Positions 16,823 through 25,658 of a stretch of 64,000 nucleotides of DNA are shown piece by piece. The stretch comes from a virus (lineage: Duplodnaviria > Caudoviricetes), in the IMG/VR virus record IMGVR_UViG_3300043395_004688; one strand, written 5' to 3'. Positions within the stretch are counted from its first letter, which is position 1. Every line of letters starts with the position of its first letter. A model generated the notes under the pieces. That model was given only the letters and a program-made list of their open reading frames with translations, searched no databases and was not told the origin of the DNA. The position numbers were made by a program, and so were the translations under genes.

Positions 16823-17335
16823 CTAATCTTCGTTGGTGTTTACCAGGCACATGACCAGGTGTATACGATCAATTAAGCTGCCATTCATGGCTGAATGTTC
16901 TTTGGTAGTATCAACCCACCACACGCTGCCATCAGCTGGCAGATGTCTTAGAATTGGTGGATCTGTAAAAATAAATCTTGCTTGACGATGGGTAACAATG
17001 GGAATGTGTACTCTAGGAGTCATGTCTGTGTGAATACTATAACAAGTCCTGGGATACATGGTCATTAGTCTGGCTCTGTATACTTTAAAAGGAAAGCTGG
17101 TTAAAAAGCCTTCCCACCAAGTTCCAACCAGATTAGGATGTAGTTTATCCCACTGGGCTTCGTCTTGCCCTTCGCGTTTTCCAGTTCCAGATTGCCAATC
17201 GTTATCGCCATTGGTTTGCAAAGACAATTGATGCTGATACCGCCCTGTGGTGCTGTCCCAAAGTATACGGTGTGTTTCTTCTTTTAGCTTTTCAATGTCA
17301 ACTTTGAAATCATAGAGTCTAAATCGTCTGTCCAT
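16823..17335 (-). CDS. Aspartyl/asparaginyl beta-hydroxylase family 2OG-Fe(II) oxygenase
   Basis: RARLM, YSIHTD (HxD), RVHIPI, DTTKEHSAMN, RIHLV. Confidence 0.85.
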   Translation of the reverse strand: MDRRFRLYDFKVDIEKLKEETHRILWDSTTGRYQHQLSLQTNGDNDWQSGTGKREGQDEAQWDKLHPNLVGTWWEGFLTSFPFKVYRARLMTMYPRTCYSIHTDMTPRVHIPIVTHRQARFIFTDPPILRHLPADGSVWWVDTTKEHSAMNGSLIDRIHLVMCLVNTNED

Positions 17336-18546
17336 TATACTTTACCTATAGCCATAAAGCGCAGACATTTATTCAATATCAGTTCTCCGCTCCATAGTAT
17401 AGTATTTAATCCAGACGATTCTAAAAACTCCTCAAGGCTGTTATGACAATTTACATGATCTGGTACATCAAACATGTTGTTGCCTTGTAGTACAACCAGT
17501 GTGCCTTTAGGCAAGCTTTTAATCCACTTTCCGTGGTCTTTGAAATGCTCGACGATAGTATCAATCACTATTAGATTTTTGTGTTGTGTAAAATTGTATT
17601 TTTTAATGTCCTTGGCCAAGCTACGATATTTGAATTTGCTTGCGTTGCCAACTAATTTTTCAGCGGCTGGATGTACTGTTTTGTCTAGATCGATGTTGAT
17701 CAGTTCTGGAGTATGTACTAGCTTGTAGAATTCAAAATCAGTTAGAGTCATTAACCAAGGTAAAATTCCAACCCAACCACCAACAACAATAATAGTCTGC
17801 GGCTCTAGTATATTTTTTATTTGAGCCTTAGAGGTTGCACCAGACTCTTGCATTTTTTCCAGTAACCAAAGTTTACTTTGCACTTGATTTCTACTCAGTG
17901 CGTCTTTCCAGTTTAACTCTGGGTTTTCTTCGATTATTTCTGCAAGTAGGCTTATTTGTTTGGCTCGATCTGGATAGTATTTAGAAACTTCTCTAGTAAA
18001 GCAAGACATTGAGTTATCTTCTAAGCACGACAACAAGGTGTCACCTAGAAAAATTTTTATTACTTCAAAAAGTTTAGTAATGTCTTCCTTTGACTCTTTG
18101 ATTTTGCCAAGTACAAAAGGTATTGCTGACAAAGGGTTGTCAAACTCTTTGCTGTTTTCATGCACCCAATCGTGTAGTTCCCAAAAGCGACCTTCTTGTA
18201 TTTCAAGATTATCGGTGTAAGACAAGTTTGTTTGTTGTATTAGCCATGCTGGTACAGGACTCAGCATGATTTCTTTTCCTTCTGACCACTCTCGTGGCAA
18301 ACGAAGATGTTTCAAAAACAAACTATGTACAGTCTGATCAATATGATCGTTCTTGCCTTGACAGTAGTTAACCAATGGCCATAGATTAAGATAATGCTCT
18401 TTTCCTATTTCAACAATTAGCTTAACTAGGTCTTCTTGATCCTGTGTTTCGTACCAACGATGTAAAAAATGCAAGCTTCGACGAAATCCAACGATTTCAT
18501 CTAAGAAGATCAGCATGGAGTTTTTTAATTCAACAGACTTATCCAT
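17335..18546 (-). CDS. Class I SAM-dependent methyltransferase-like protein with N-terminal extension
   Basis: QVQSKLWL, IVVGGWVG (motif I), NIDLD (motif II), DTIVEHF, VLQGNN. Confidence 0.7.
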   Translation of the reverse strand: MDKSVELKNSMLIFLDEIVGFRRSLHFLHRWYETQDQEDLVKLIVEIGKEHYLNLWPLVNYCQGKNDHIDQTVHSLFLKHLRLPREWSEGKEIMLSPVPAWLIQQTNLSYTDNLEIQEGRFWELHDWVHENSKEFDNPLSAIPFVLGKIKESKEDITKLFEVIKIFLGDTLLSCLEDNSMSCFTREVSKYYPDRAKQISLLAEIIEENPELNWKDALSRNQVQSKLWLLEKMQESGATSKAQIKNILEPQTIIVVGGWVGILPWLMTLTDFEFYKLVHTPELINIDLDKTVHPAAEKLVGNASKFKYRSLAKDIKKYNFTQHKNLIVIDTIVEHFKDHGKWIKSLPKGTLVVLQGNNMFDVPDHVNCHNSLEEFLESSGLNTILWSGELILNKCLRFMAIGKV

Positions 18547-19510
18547 TGAACCAACCATACAGTTTTAGGTTTGTCTGTGCTGCTACATCCTCATTTGTTA
18601 ATTCTTTATTGGGATGAAACTGTAGTCTCTTAATAACTTCGCTGTGGCTAGCATCAAATTCAGGTAGCGCGAAGCCTAAGCCAGCACTGATTGCTTTGCT
18701 CAATTGCTTGCTTGATTTCATAGGATTGTCTTTGCTGTGGCTTTCAAAGAAATCTTTAAACCATTCGTAGTCGCGAATATGCATTGGATCAAAATCATCG
18801 TACTGTAAAAGTTTAACTGCTAAACGAGCACCGTAGATTGTCCACCAGCCGTTCTTAACATCTGCGCCCACAGTCATCCAGGTTAGTAAACGCTGGAAAT
18901 TTGCACCGTGAATTTTATTGGTCCACTGTTCAAATGGCACTGCCTGTCCTTGATCCATGCTTAGTTTGATGCCTTCACGAAAGCCAACTCTAAAGGCCTG
19001 ATAAGGACTGCCATTGGTATATGTGGTTGACCAGCAACCAGACAGCGTTTTGTATTGAGATCCGTCCCAGCAAAAGTCCACAGCATCTCTTTCTGAATCT
19101 GCTGCTTCATGACTACGCATGGTTTCCAAATGAATTCTGCTCCACAGCTTGATTCCACCATTGCCATACATCAACCCATTGGTATGTTGTCTTCCGTTCC
19201 ACGAGTAGCTGATTGGCAATTTAATATCTGCTTGCAATTGCAAATTAAAAAAGTTCAAGTCAACAAGATTATCTGCATCCACTGTTATCACATGGGTGCT
19301 ATTGGGAAAGGCCGCAGCAGCAGCTTTATGTGCGGCATCAAATCCTTTGACTCCGTGTACTCTTCGAACAAGATTACCAGGCCTATTTCTTTGCAGATGC
19401 TCCCAATGTTGATCAGCATTGGGTTCGTCATAGCTTAAAAACGCCACAGGAAATTTACCAAGAGAATGTACTTCCTTGTTAACTAACTTAGCATGATTAA
19501 ACAGTGACAT
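18539..19510 (-). CDS. Glycosyltransferase-like protein, paralogue 3
   Basis: FLSYDEPNAD, VDADN (DxD), NGLMYGNGGIKLW, AFRVGFREGIKL. Confidence 0.7.
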   Translation of the reverse strand: MSLFNHAKLVNKEVHSLGKFPVAFLSYDEPNADQHWEHLQRNRPGNLVRRVHGVKGFDAAHKAAAAAFPNSTHVITVDADNLVDLNFFNLQLQADIKLPISYSWNGRQHTNGLMYGNGGIKLWSRIHLETMRSHEAADSERDAVDFCWDGSQYKTLSGCWSTTYTNGSPYQAFRVGFREGIKLSMDQGQAVPFEQWTNKIHGANFQRLLTWMTVGADVKNGWWTIYGARLAVKLLQYDDFDPMHIRDYEWFKDFFESHSKDNPMKSSKQLSKAISAGLGFALPEFDASHSEVIKRLQFHPNKELTNEDVAAQTNLKLYGWFNG

Positions 19511-20366
19511 TTTTTTCAAATTCCTTTTCTAGCCACTCCCAGTTGTTGATTAAATCTAACTTTGACGAGTCGCTGTATTTTAAGCCAAATGTTGCTCCGG
19601 CCTGCGCTCCTAGTACTGCGTATTTTCCATTCTTAGCATCCCAGCCGCGTGTACACCAGATCAACTGACGCTGACTTATTTCTTCCATTTCTTCCCAGTA
19701 GTGAAAAATTTCTTTTTGAGATTTATAGTGTTCGGTGATAACTGTGGCACGACTGCGACGATAGTTGTTTTTCTTATTCTGATCCCATTCCTGCGTTGCA
19801 ATATACTTAGACAGTTCTTCTAGCTCTGTTTGTTCTTGCCGACGAATGCTTTTAATTCTATTCTTAATTATGGCCAATGAAGCCATCTTAGCACACTCGC
19901 GAAATGCTCCAATCCAGGCACTTTGTGGTGTGGCATTAAATCTTGTTTCGCAACTGATAGTATCCCTTGTGACTAGTTGAGCTATAGAAGCAGTTACATC
20001 AACACTCCAGGACTTGTTTTCTAAAAATGGTTTTTGAGGGAATACCTTAACTGCACCATATCCGTATTTTAAGTTGTTGACAGGATTGATACTGGGCCAA
20101 ACATGTACACATTCAGACTCCGGTACTCCCCAATGCAGTACTTCATCATTGGGTTCCCAGGCAAAATCAAATCCGTCGACTATCCAAGCGTCAGCATCCA
20201 CTACCCAAAAATTTTCTGTTTTGCTGCGCTCTGCACAAGTACGATGCACATTATAAATTCCAACTACATTATCAATGCGCTGTGCTTGTGGGGCAAATTC
20301 CAGTAGCCGTGCAAAGTTTTCATCAGCACCTTGTTCCAGCATACTAATGAAAAATACATCTAACAA
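19497..20366 (-). CDS. Glycosyltransferase-like protein, paralogue 2
   Basis: FFISMLEQGAD, VDADA (DxD), NNLKYGYGAVKVF, AWIGAFRECAKM; TTG start after GGAG. Confidence 0.7.
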   Translation of the reverse strand: MLDVFFISMLEQGADENFARLLEFAPQAQRIDNVVGIYNVHRTCAERSKTENFWVVDADAWIVDGFDFAWEPNDEVLHWGVPESECVHVWPSINPVNNLKYGYGAVKVFPQKPFLENKSWSVDVTASIAQLVTRDTISCETRFNATPQSAWIGAFRECAKMASLAIIKNRIKSIRRQEQTELEELSKYIATQEWDQNKKNNYRRSRATVITEHYKSQKEIFHYWEEMEEISQRQLIWCTRGWDAKNGKYAVLGAQAGATFGLKYSDSSKLDLINNWEWLEKEFEKNVTV

Positions 20367-20369
20367 AGC

Positions 20370-21341
20370 TTACTCCGAAATAAACTGTTCAACATCGCTT
20401 TCCTTGACAGTGGGACCAAGTCGATGTGGGTTAAAGTAACTGGCCTTAAAGAAGCGACTGCCGGCTTCGTCTAGGTCAGCAATTTCAAGACGAAGGTCCT
20501 GACGCATTACTCGTCCTAGCTTTACAGTTTCTGCCATAAGCTTGGTCTTGCTCCAGGAATATTTGCTGACTGGACAGGTCACTTCATCGCCAGCAAATTG
20601 TGGCATGATATCTTCTCTCCAGTATTGGTTGTGCCACTCAAAGTCAGCAACCAGTTTGTAATCCCAGTCTCTGCGAATGTTGGTCAAATAACAACCAAGT
20701 CTTGCGCCGTACATGGCCCATAATCCGTTTGTAACATCTTGTCCAACACTCATCCAGACCAGCAGTCTACGATGATTTTTAAAATTGTTCTTTTCAGCAA
20801 TTTGACGCCAATCCATTGGGCGGCCATCGTGCAATGCCAGCTTTACGCCTTCCCTGAAACCAGCACGATATGCCTGATATGGTGTGGCATTATTAAACAC
20901 ATCGCTGTAGATGTTATTGAGCTGATGGTAATGAATGTCCCAACAGAAGTCTACTGCTCCAGGTCCATTGTCAACGGCTTCGTGTGTACGCATTTGCTCA
21001 ACAACCTTTTTAGGCCAAAGCTTAACGCCACCGTTACCATAGACCAGGCCATTGATAACATTTTTACCCGACCACGACAGTACATCGCTGCGATCAAACT
21101 TGCGTAGATCTAGCTCTAATTCAAAAAAGTCTGGGCGAACCTTGTTGTCTGCATCAATGGTAATAAAGCGTTCAGTTTCTGCCAACTTTGCAGCCGCTTT
21201 ATGGCAAGCATCACTGCCATATACACCATGACTTCTTTTTGCCCAAGGGCATTTTTCTAGTAGATCAGCATAATTCTCATCAGCATTTGGTTCGTCGTAG
21301 CTGATAAAAACTACATCAAATTCACTAATTGGGGTTTTCAC
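20370..21341 (-). CDS. Glycosyltransferase-like protein, paralogue 1
   Basis: FISYDEPNAD, IDADN (DxD), NGLVYGNGGVKLW, AYRAGFREGVKL; GTG start after GGAG. Confidence 0.7.
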   Translation of the reverse strand: MKTPISEFDVVFISYDEPNADENYADLLEKCPWAKRSHGVYGSDACHKAAAKLAETERFITIDADNKVRPDFFELELDLRKFDRSDVLSWSGKNVINGLVYGNGGVKLWPKKVVEQMRTHEAVDNGPGAVDFCWDIHYHQLNNIYSDVFNNATPYQAYRAGFREGVKLALHDGRPMDWRQIAEKNNFKNHRRLLVWMSVGQDVTNGLWAMYGARLGCYLTNIRRDWDYKLVADFEWHNQYWREDIMPQFAGDEVTCPVSKYSWSKTKLMAETVKLGRVMRQDLRLEIADLDEAGSRFFKASYFNPHRLGPTVKESDVEQFISE

Positions 21342-22321
21342 GGAAGAACTCCTATATCAATATTATTAGCCTTATATAACGCCGAAGGCGGTTGCTTGTG
21401 TGACCAATCTGGTAACACTTCAAACGGCTGTGATTGTCTTAGCAATAGCGCAGGTAGCCAGGCCCAGGAAACAAATGACTCTAAGTCTGTTCCATTGACC
21501 ACTGCAATCTGTAAATGTCCTTTGAGCTGGTCAATGGCACCACCAGGCTGGTAATGACTCTGCGCCCATAGTACACCATCCCTAACAAACAGCGACACAT
21601 GTTTACCTGGTCCAATGTGACTCATTACTGTCTGATCATCAATGATGCCAGTAAACTCTGAGTATTGGGTAAGTCTAGTAAAGAACAACGAATGCGCCAC
21701 TGCTGGCAAGTTAATTCTAATCTTTTGTCCTTGGTATAGTATGCGAGTTACAATTTGATGATCAATAAACGACCAAAGTCTAGTTTCCCAAAAGCCGCGT
21801 TCAACAATATCGTTTAATTTAATCTCTGAGAACCCTAACAGTTGGTGAGGATCTTCAATGTCAGTGATAAAAAGCGGAATGGTTTCTGTTGTACTTTCGC
21901 GCGATAACATTTCTTTAGCGCCACTGGCCCACATGCGAGATGCTTCAACCCTGAGCATACCATTTTCATTGAACAACAGAGCTCTAAGATCCGAATCAAT
22001 ATCACCTTGATATTCGCCAATGGTTAACCAGCCGTGACTGCGCTGTTTCTTCTTGGTAACAATGGGTTTTGGTTCTCGAACATCAATGAGGTCTAATGCG
22101 CCAATTGCTTCGTTGAATCCAACTCTAAAATTGGCTTGATTTTTAGTACCTTCTAAGATTGAGCGTACCTTAGCAAATGAAAGCGTTAAACGATCTGTAG
22201 CTGTGCTGGAGCCAGGTTCAATTCCAATGATCTGGCCGGTGTGAATATTATATTGAACTGACCAAATTTCATTGCGTTTTCGTTCTCTCCGACGAAGTTC
22301 AAATTGAATACCTGTGCTCAT
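21338..22321 (-). CDS. Hypothetical protein in the glycosyltransferase operon
   Basis: Long ORF with a 4-nt overlap to each neighbour. Confidence 0.7.
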   Translation of the reverse strand: MSTGIQFELRRRERKRNEIWSVQYNIHTGQIIGIEPGSSTATDRLTLSFAKVRSILEGTKNQANFRVGFNEAIGALDLIDVREPKPIVTKKKQRSHGWLTIGEYQGDIDSDLRALLFNENGMLRVEASRMWASGAKEMLSRESTTETIPLFITDIEDPHQLLGFSEIKLNDIVERGFWETRLWSFIDHQIVTRILYQGQKIRINLPAVAHSLFFTRLTQYSEFTGIIDDQTVMSHIGPGKHVSLFVRDGVLWAQSHYQPGGAIDQLKGHLQIAVVNGTDLESFVSWAWLPALLLRQSQPFEVLPDWSHKQPPSALYKANNIDIGVLP

Positions 22322-23037
22322 ACTTTCCAATATTCCAATGGCTTAAGACTTCCAGCTAACCAAACTGGGTAAAGTTGCGTATGATTTTCTAATTTAAAAT
22401 TGCCATTGGCAGGATAAAACGCAATCCAATCGTGCCATGCATGTGTGGCGTACATCACTGGCACAACTTCTAGATCTCTAACACTAAGATCAACTAACTT
22501 AAACCAATCAGGTGCTTGCCAGTTTTCCATAATGGACAAAATTGACAGAGTTTGTTCCAGGGTTGGATCGTCTGGAACATAATGCGGCCAACATGATTGT
22601 GTGCCGTCATTGAGCAGTTGATCTAACACAGCAAATCCCTGTTGTGCTGTTTCAACATCACCAATGATTAACATCGACGGCCAGGCCACATAAAAGTTTT
22701 TGTCAATAGGCAATCGACGACTTATTTTATTTGGCCAAATTGCTTGTAGTCTATGGTCAACACCCATTCCAGGTATAAGATTAATTTTTTTAAGCTTTGC
22801 TAGCTCTCTGGCAGACTTTGTAAATTGCCGCAGGCATAACCCTGCAAAGCAAACAACATCGCCAGGTTCATAGTTGATTTCAGCCAGTAGTTTTATTTTT
22901 TCACTGAGAGTTTTGTTTGACAATTCAACTAGGTTAAATTTTTCTTGGGCGTCAATGAGAACCGCATCGTGCTTGGTAATCTCTACCAGTTGGTGCTCAA
23001 TGGTTCCATTTGTTTCAACTAAAATATGAACGGTCAT
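22318..23037 (-). CDS. Hypothetical protein, possibly a degenerate nucleotide-sugar transferase
   Basis: Translationally coupled to the GT upstream; similar size and C-terminal W...Y pattern, but no clear DxD. Confidence 0.55.
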   Translation of the reverse strand: MTVHILVETNGTIEHQLVEITKHDAVLIDAQEKFNLVELSNKTLSEKIKLLAEINYEPGDVVCFAGLCLRQFTKSARELAKLKKINLIPGMGVDHRLQAIWPNKISRRLPIDKNFYVAWPSMLIIGDVETAQQGFAVLDQLLNDGTQSCWPHYVPDDPTLEQTLSILSIMENWQAPDWFKLVDLSVRDLEVVPVMYATHAWHDWIAFYPANGNFKLENHTQLYPVWLAGSLKPLEYWKV

Positions 23038-23912
23038 GCCAGCATCTCCATAATTTTTTCATAGTTACGGAGAATGCTTTTTTTGTTCATAAGGTGAATG
23101 TCTTCGCCTCTGATCTCAACAGCTAAGTTTTTCCACTCTTCGGGCAAGTTACTTAACATAGCCCAATGATTAGGTCCTTTGACTTCAATGATGTCGTCAC
23201 GCTGGTCTTGATAACGCATGTAGTTGGGAATTTGACCAATAAAGCCGCCGTCTTGCCAACCGTCACACATATGAGCAGCAATACTAGCAGAGTAGTCGGT
23301 TCTATACAAGCTTCCAGGAAACTTATATAAAAAGCGATAGTATTCCCAGTTCTTTTTCACTGCTGCCCAAACACTAAAGAAATGTTCGGCTTCTTCACTC
23401 TTGCGCCAGTAGACCACTGTGGACCACCACATGCGAATACCAGCATAGTGCAACCAACGCTCAGTGGTAAAGGGTTCTTCCATGCGTAAATTGCGAGCAT
23501 CTCTGTACATGGCAACATCATATGGTCCACCAAACAGCTTTGATAAGTTATCATTGCCGCAAAGATAATCTGTGTCGATTAAGATAGTTTCGTCAAAAGG
23601 ACTGAGATTGTAGATGTCGTGCTTGTTGGTATTGGTAAACTGTGCATTGAAACTATAATATGCGCCGTCGTGATGCAACCGCATATTTCTTTCGTAACCC
23701 GGATCTGTAAGTACCACATCATCCCAGGCCGCATTCATTAACTCATGCCCATGCGTGTGCTGACAATGCTCCAGACTCTGTTGGTTAGTGACCAGCACAA
23801 CCGGGTAATCTGGCATGTATTTTTTCACTGCATAAGCAGCCACAATGGCCAACTGAGTGTAGTCCAGTTGTTCGTTGTTGTATGCGAACATCATAAAGCC
23901 CTTACTAGACAT
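23034..23912 (-). CDS. GT-A fold nucleotide-diphospho-sugar transferase (GT8-like)
   Basis: GFMMFA, NKHDIYNLSPFDETILIDTDY (DxD), WSTVVYWRK, YRTDY, HLMNK. Confidence 0.75.
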   Translation of the reverse strand: MSSKGFMMFAYNNEQLDYTQLAIVAAYAVKKYMPDYPVVLVTNQQSLEHCQHTHGHELMNAAWDDVVLTDPGYERNMRLHHDGAYYSFNAQFTNTNKHDIYNLSPFDETILIDTDYLCGNDNLSKLFGGPYDVAMYRDARNLRMEEPFTTERWLHYAGIRMWWSTVVYWRKSEEAEHFFSVWAAVKKNWEYYRFLYKFPGSLYRTDYSASIAAHMCDGWQDGGFIGQIPNYMRYQDQRDDIIEVKGPNHWAMLSNLPEEWKNLAVEIRGEDIHLMNKKSILRNYEKIMEMLA

Positions 23913-23914
23913 AG

Positions 23915-24262
23915 TTAGAGCCCTACAATTTTAGCAGTTGACCTAGCCGATTTAAGTTGCTGCTGGGCCACTTTCTTTGCCTGCATAGCAGCATTGTATG
24001 TTTCAAAACAATTGCTTAAAAATTCTTGTGGATTATCAATTTGGACAACATTACCAGTTTGGTCATCGACTAGCAAGGGCTGGCTGTTGCGTAAGGCAAT
24101 ATCTGCAAAAGAAATGAGTTCGCGATTAACTTTAAAAATTGAGCCTTGATATGAAAGAATCAAGGCGGTATGAAAGGTAGCCTCAATGTTCTGACGCTGT
24201 ACCTGTAGTGTTAAACGATAATTTGCAAAGGCCAAGGCCTCATTGAGTTTTTGCTGGTCCAT
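23915..24262 (-). CDS. Hypothetical protein, tail-associated chaperone-like
   Basis: Late hexamer at 24290-95; YQGSIFKVNRELI...LVDDQTGNVVQID pattern. Confidence 0.65.
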   Translation of the reverse strand: MDQQKLNEALAFANYRLTLQVQRQNIEATFHTALILSYQGSIFKVNRELISFADIALRNSQPLLVDDQTGNVVQIDNPQEFLSNCFETYNAAMQAKKVAQQQLKSARSTAKIVGL

Positions 24263-24324
24263 TGAAATCCAAACTATTATATGCGCTGTTATTTAGCGAC
24301 ACAAAATTGAATGGATTTTTCCAA

Positions 24325-25653
24325 TTAAACCAAGTGCCAGTCTTCAATTAAAGTAACTGTTGGGCTTGGAATAGTTAAAGTAACATCGTTTTCTGTTACT
24401 GCGGTTGGCTGTGTTTTACTTACAACCAATCTAGTTTTGCCGCGAACTAGTACACCCATACCAGAATTATCAAGCAAGATTCTAAATCTTAGATTTCCGT
24501 TATGAAATTCACCGTAGATCTTAGCTCTGCTAGAAGCGTAGGTTCCATAACCACCGTTATATCCGCCATAGCCACCATAACCACCATAGCCTCCTAGGTG
24601 TTGCCAACCTGGACCATAGCCACCGTAACTGCCGCTGCCGCCATATCCACCATAGCCGCCTTCGCCATAGGGCAATGGGCATCCAAATGCATCGTATCCA
24701 CCATATCCACCATAGCCGCCATATCCACCATAGCCGCCATAGCCGCCATATCCACCATATCCACCATAACTAGTTCCGCCAGAACCCGATGGGCTAGTAT
24801 ACAGTAGTTGTTCAGCGTCAATCATTTTGGCATATCCGCGGTCTTGTGTGATGCCGCGGTTGTTGATACTAGAGAGATTTTCTACTGTAAAATTTAAGGT
24901 TCCTTGGTCTAAAAAGATACAACGCCAAATATGATAGCCAGCACCGTAACCTTCGACTTGACTAAAAATAAATCTTATTGCACCACCTGCATTAAAGAAA
25001 TGTCGTCCTTTTTCATATCCGCCAAAGTCTAACTCAATGGTACATTCAAGTTGATTTGCCCAAGTGGCACCAGAACTATCATAGGTAGCAAGTGTGCCAA
25101 GTTGAGTGTATGCTGGATCAACATCGTTGCGCTTTTCTCTTGCACCATCTAGCAATGTAATGGCTGTATCAAAAAAGCTCTCGGTCATCTTTTCGCCGCG
25201 AGCAACAACTACCAACTCTTGATCTGAACTGTTGGTTCTTAAAGTGCTGATGTTAATTCTATTGACAATTTCGTTAGTTAGGGCCGCAGTAATTTTTTGT
25301 GTGGCATCTACATTTTCAATGTTATCACCGCCCCAGCCCCAGCGAATGTTATCTTCGGTCTCTGGATCAGTTCTGTTTGTTGTAGGACCCTCACCTGCAT
25401 GAGTATCACCAAATAGTTCATTGACATCGTCAGTTAACTCGTTGAACCAATGCTTGGCAATTTTTTCGTCAGGGTCTGCAAAAGTAGCAGGATCTCTTGG
25501 TCTCGGCACATAGCCGCAGACTGTTGAATTTTTCTCAATTAGTTGTGTGTAGGATCCGCCATAGCCGTCGGCATACCAACCCCATCGGTCATAACCGATA
25601 CATCGCTCGCCAAGGAATGTTCCAACTGGAAGAATTGGTGTGTTTAATGGCAT
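24325..25653 (-). CDS. Virion tail-associated protein with a Tyr-Gly-Gly repeat insert
   Basis: N-terminal GT.L..C.G.D..G.YADG.GG.Y..IE.NS..CGY module; RHFFNAGGAIRF collar-like motif; (YGG)n tract. Confidence 0.7.
   Translation of the reverse strand: MPLNTPILPVGTFLGERCIGYDRWGWYADGYGGSYTQLIEKNSTVCGYVPRPRDPATFADPDEKIAKHWFNELTDDVNELFGDTHAGEGPTTNRTDPETEDNIRWGWGGDNIENVDATQKITAALTNEIVNRINISTLRTNSSDQELVVVARGEKMTESFFDTAITLLDGAREKRNDVDPAYTQLGTLATYDSSGATWANQLECTIELDFGGYEKGRHFFNAGGAIRFIFSQVEGYGAGYHIWRCIFLDQGTLNFTVENLSSINNRGITQDRGYAKMIDAEQLLYTSPSGSGGTSYGGYGGYGGYGGYGGYGGYGGYGGYDAFGCPLPYGEGGYGGYGGSGSYGGYGPGWQHLGGYGGYGGYGGYNGGYGTYASSRAKIYGEFHNGNLRFRILLDNSGMGVLVRGKTRLVVSKTQPTAVTENDVTLTIPSPTVTLIEDWHLV
24694..24768 (-). 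repeat. (YGG)8-Y coding tandem repeat, 9-bp unit; further YGG units down to ~24540
   Basis: Degenerate ccatatcca/ccatagccg units; synonymous variation shows the repeat is maintained at protein level. Confidence 0.95.
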
Positions 25654-25658
25654 GGCTA

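Noticed and set aside
24540-24780. Short tandem DNA repeats as a possible CRISPR array or DGR target
   Set aside because: 9-bp in-frame coding units with no spacers; no cas or reverse transcriptase gene in the window.
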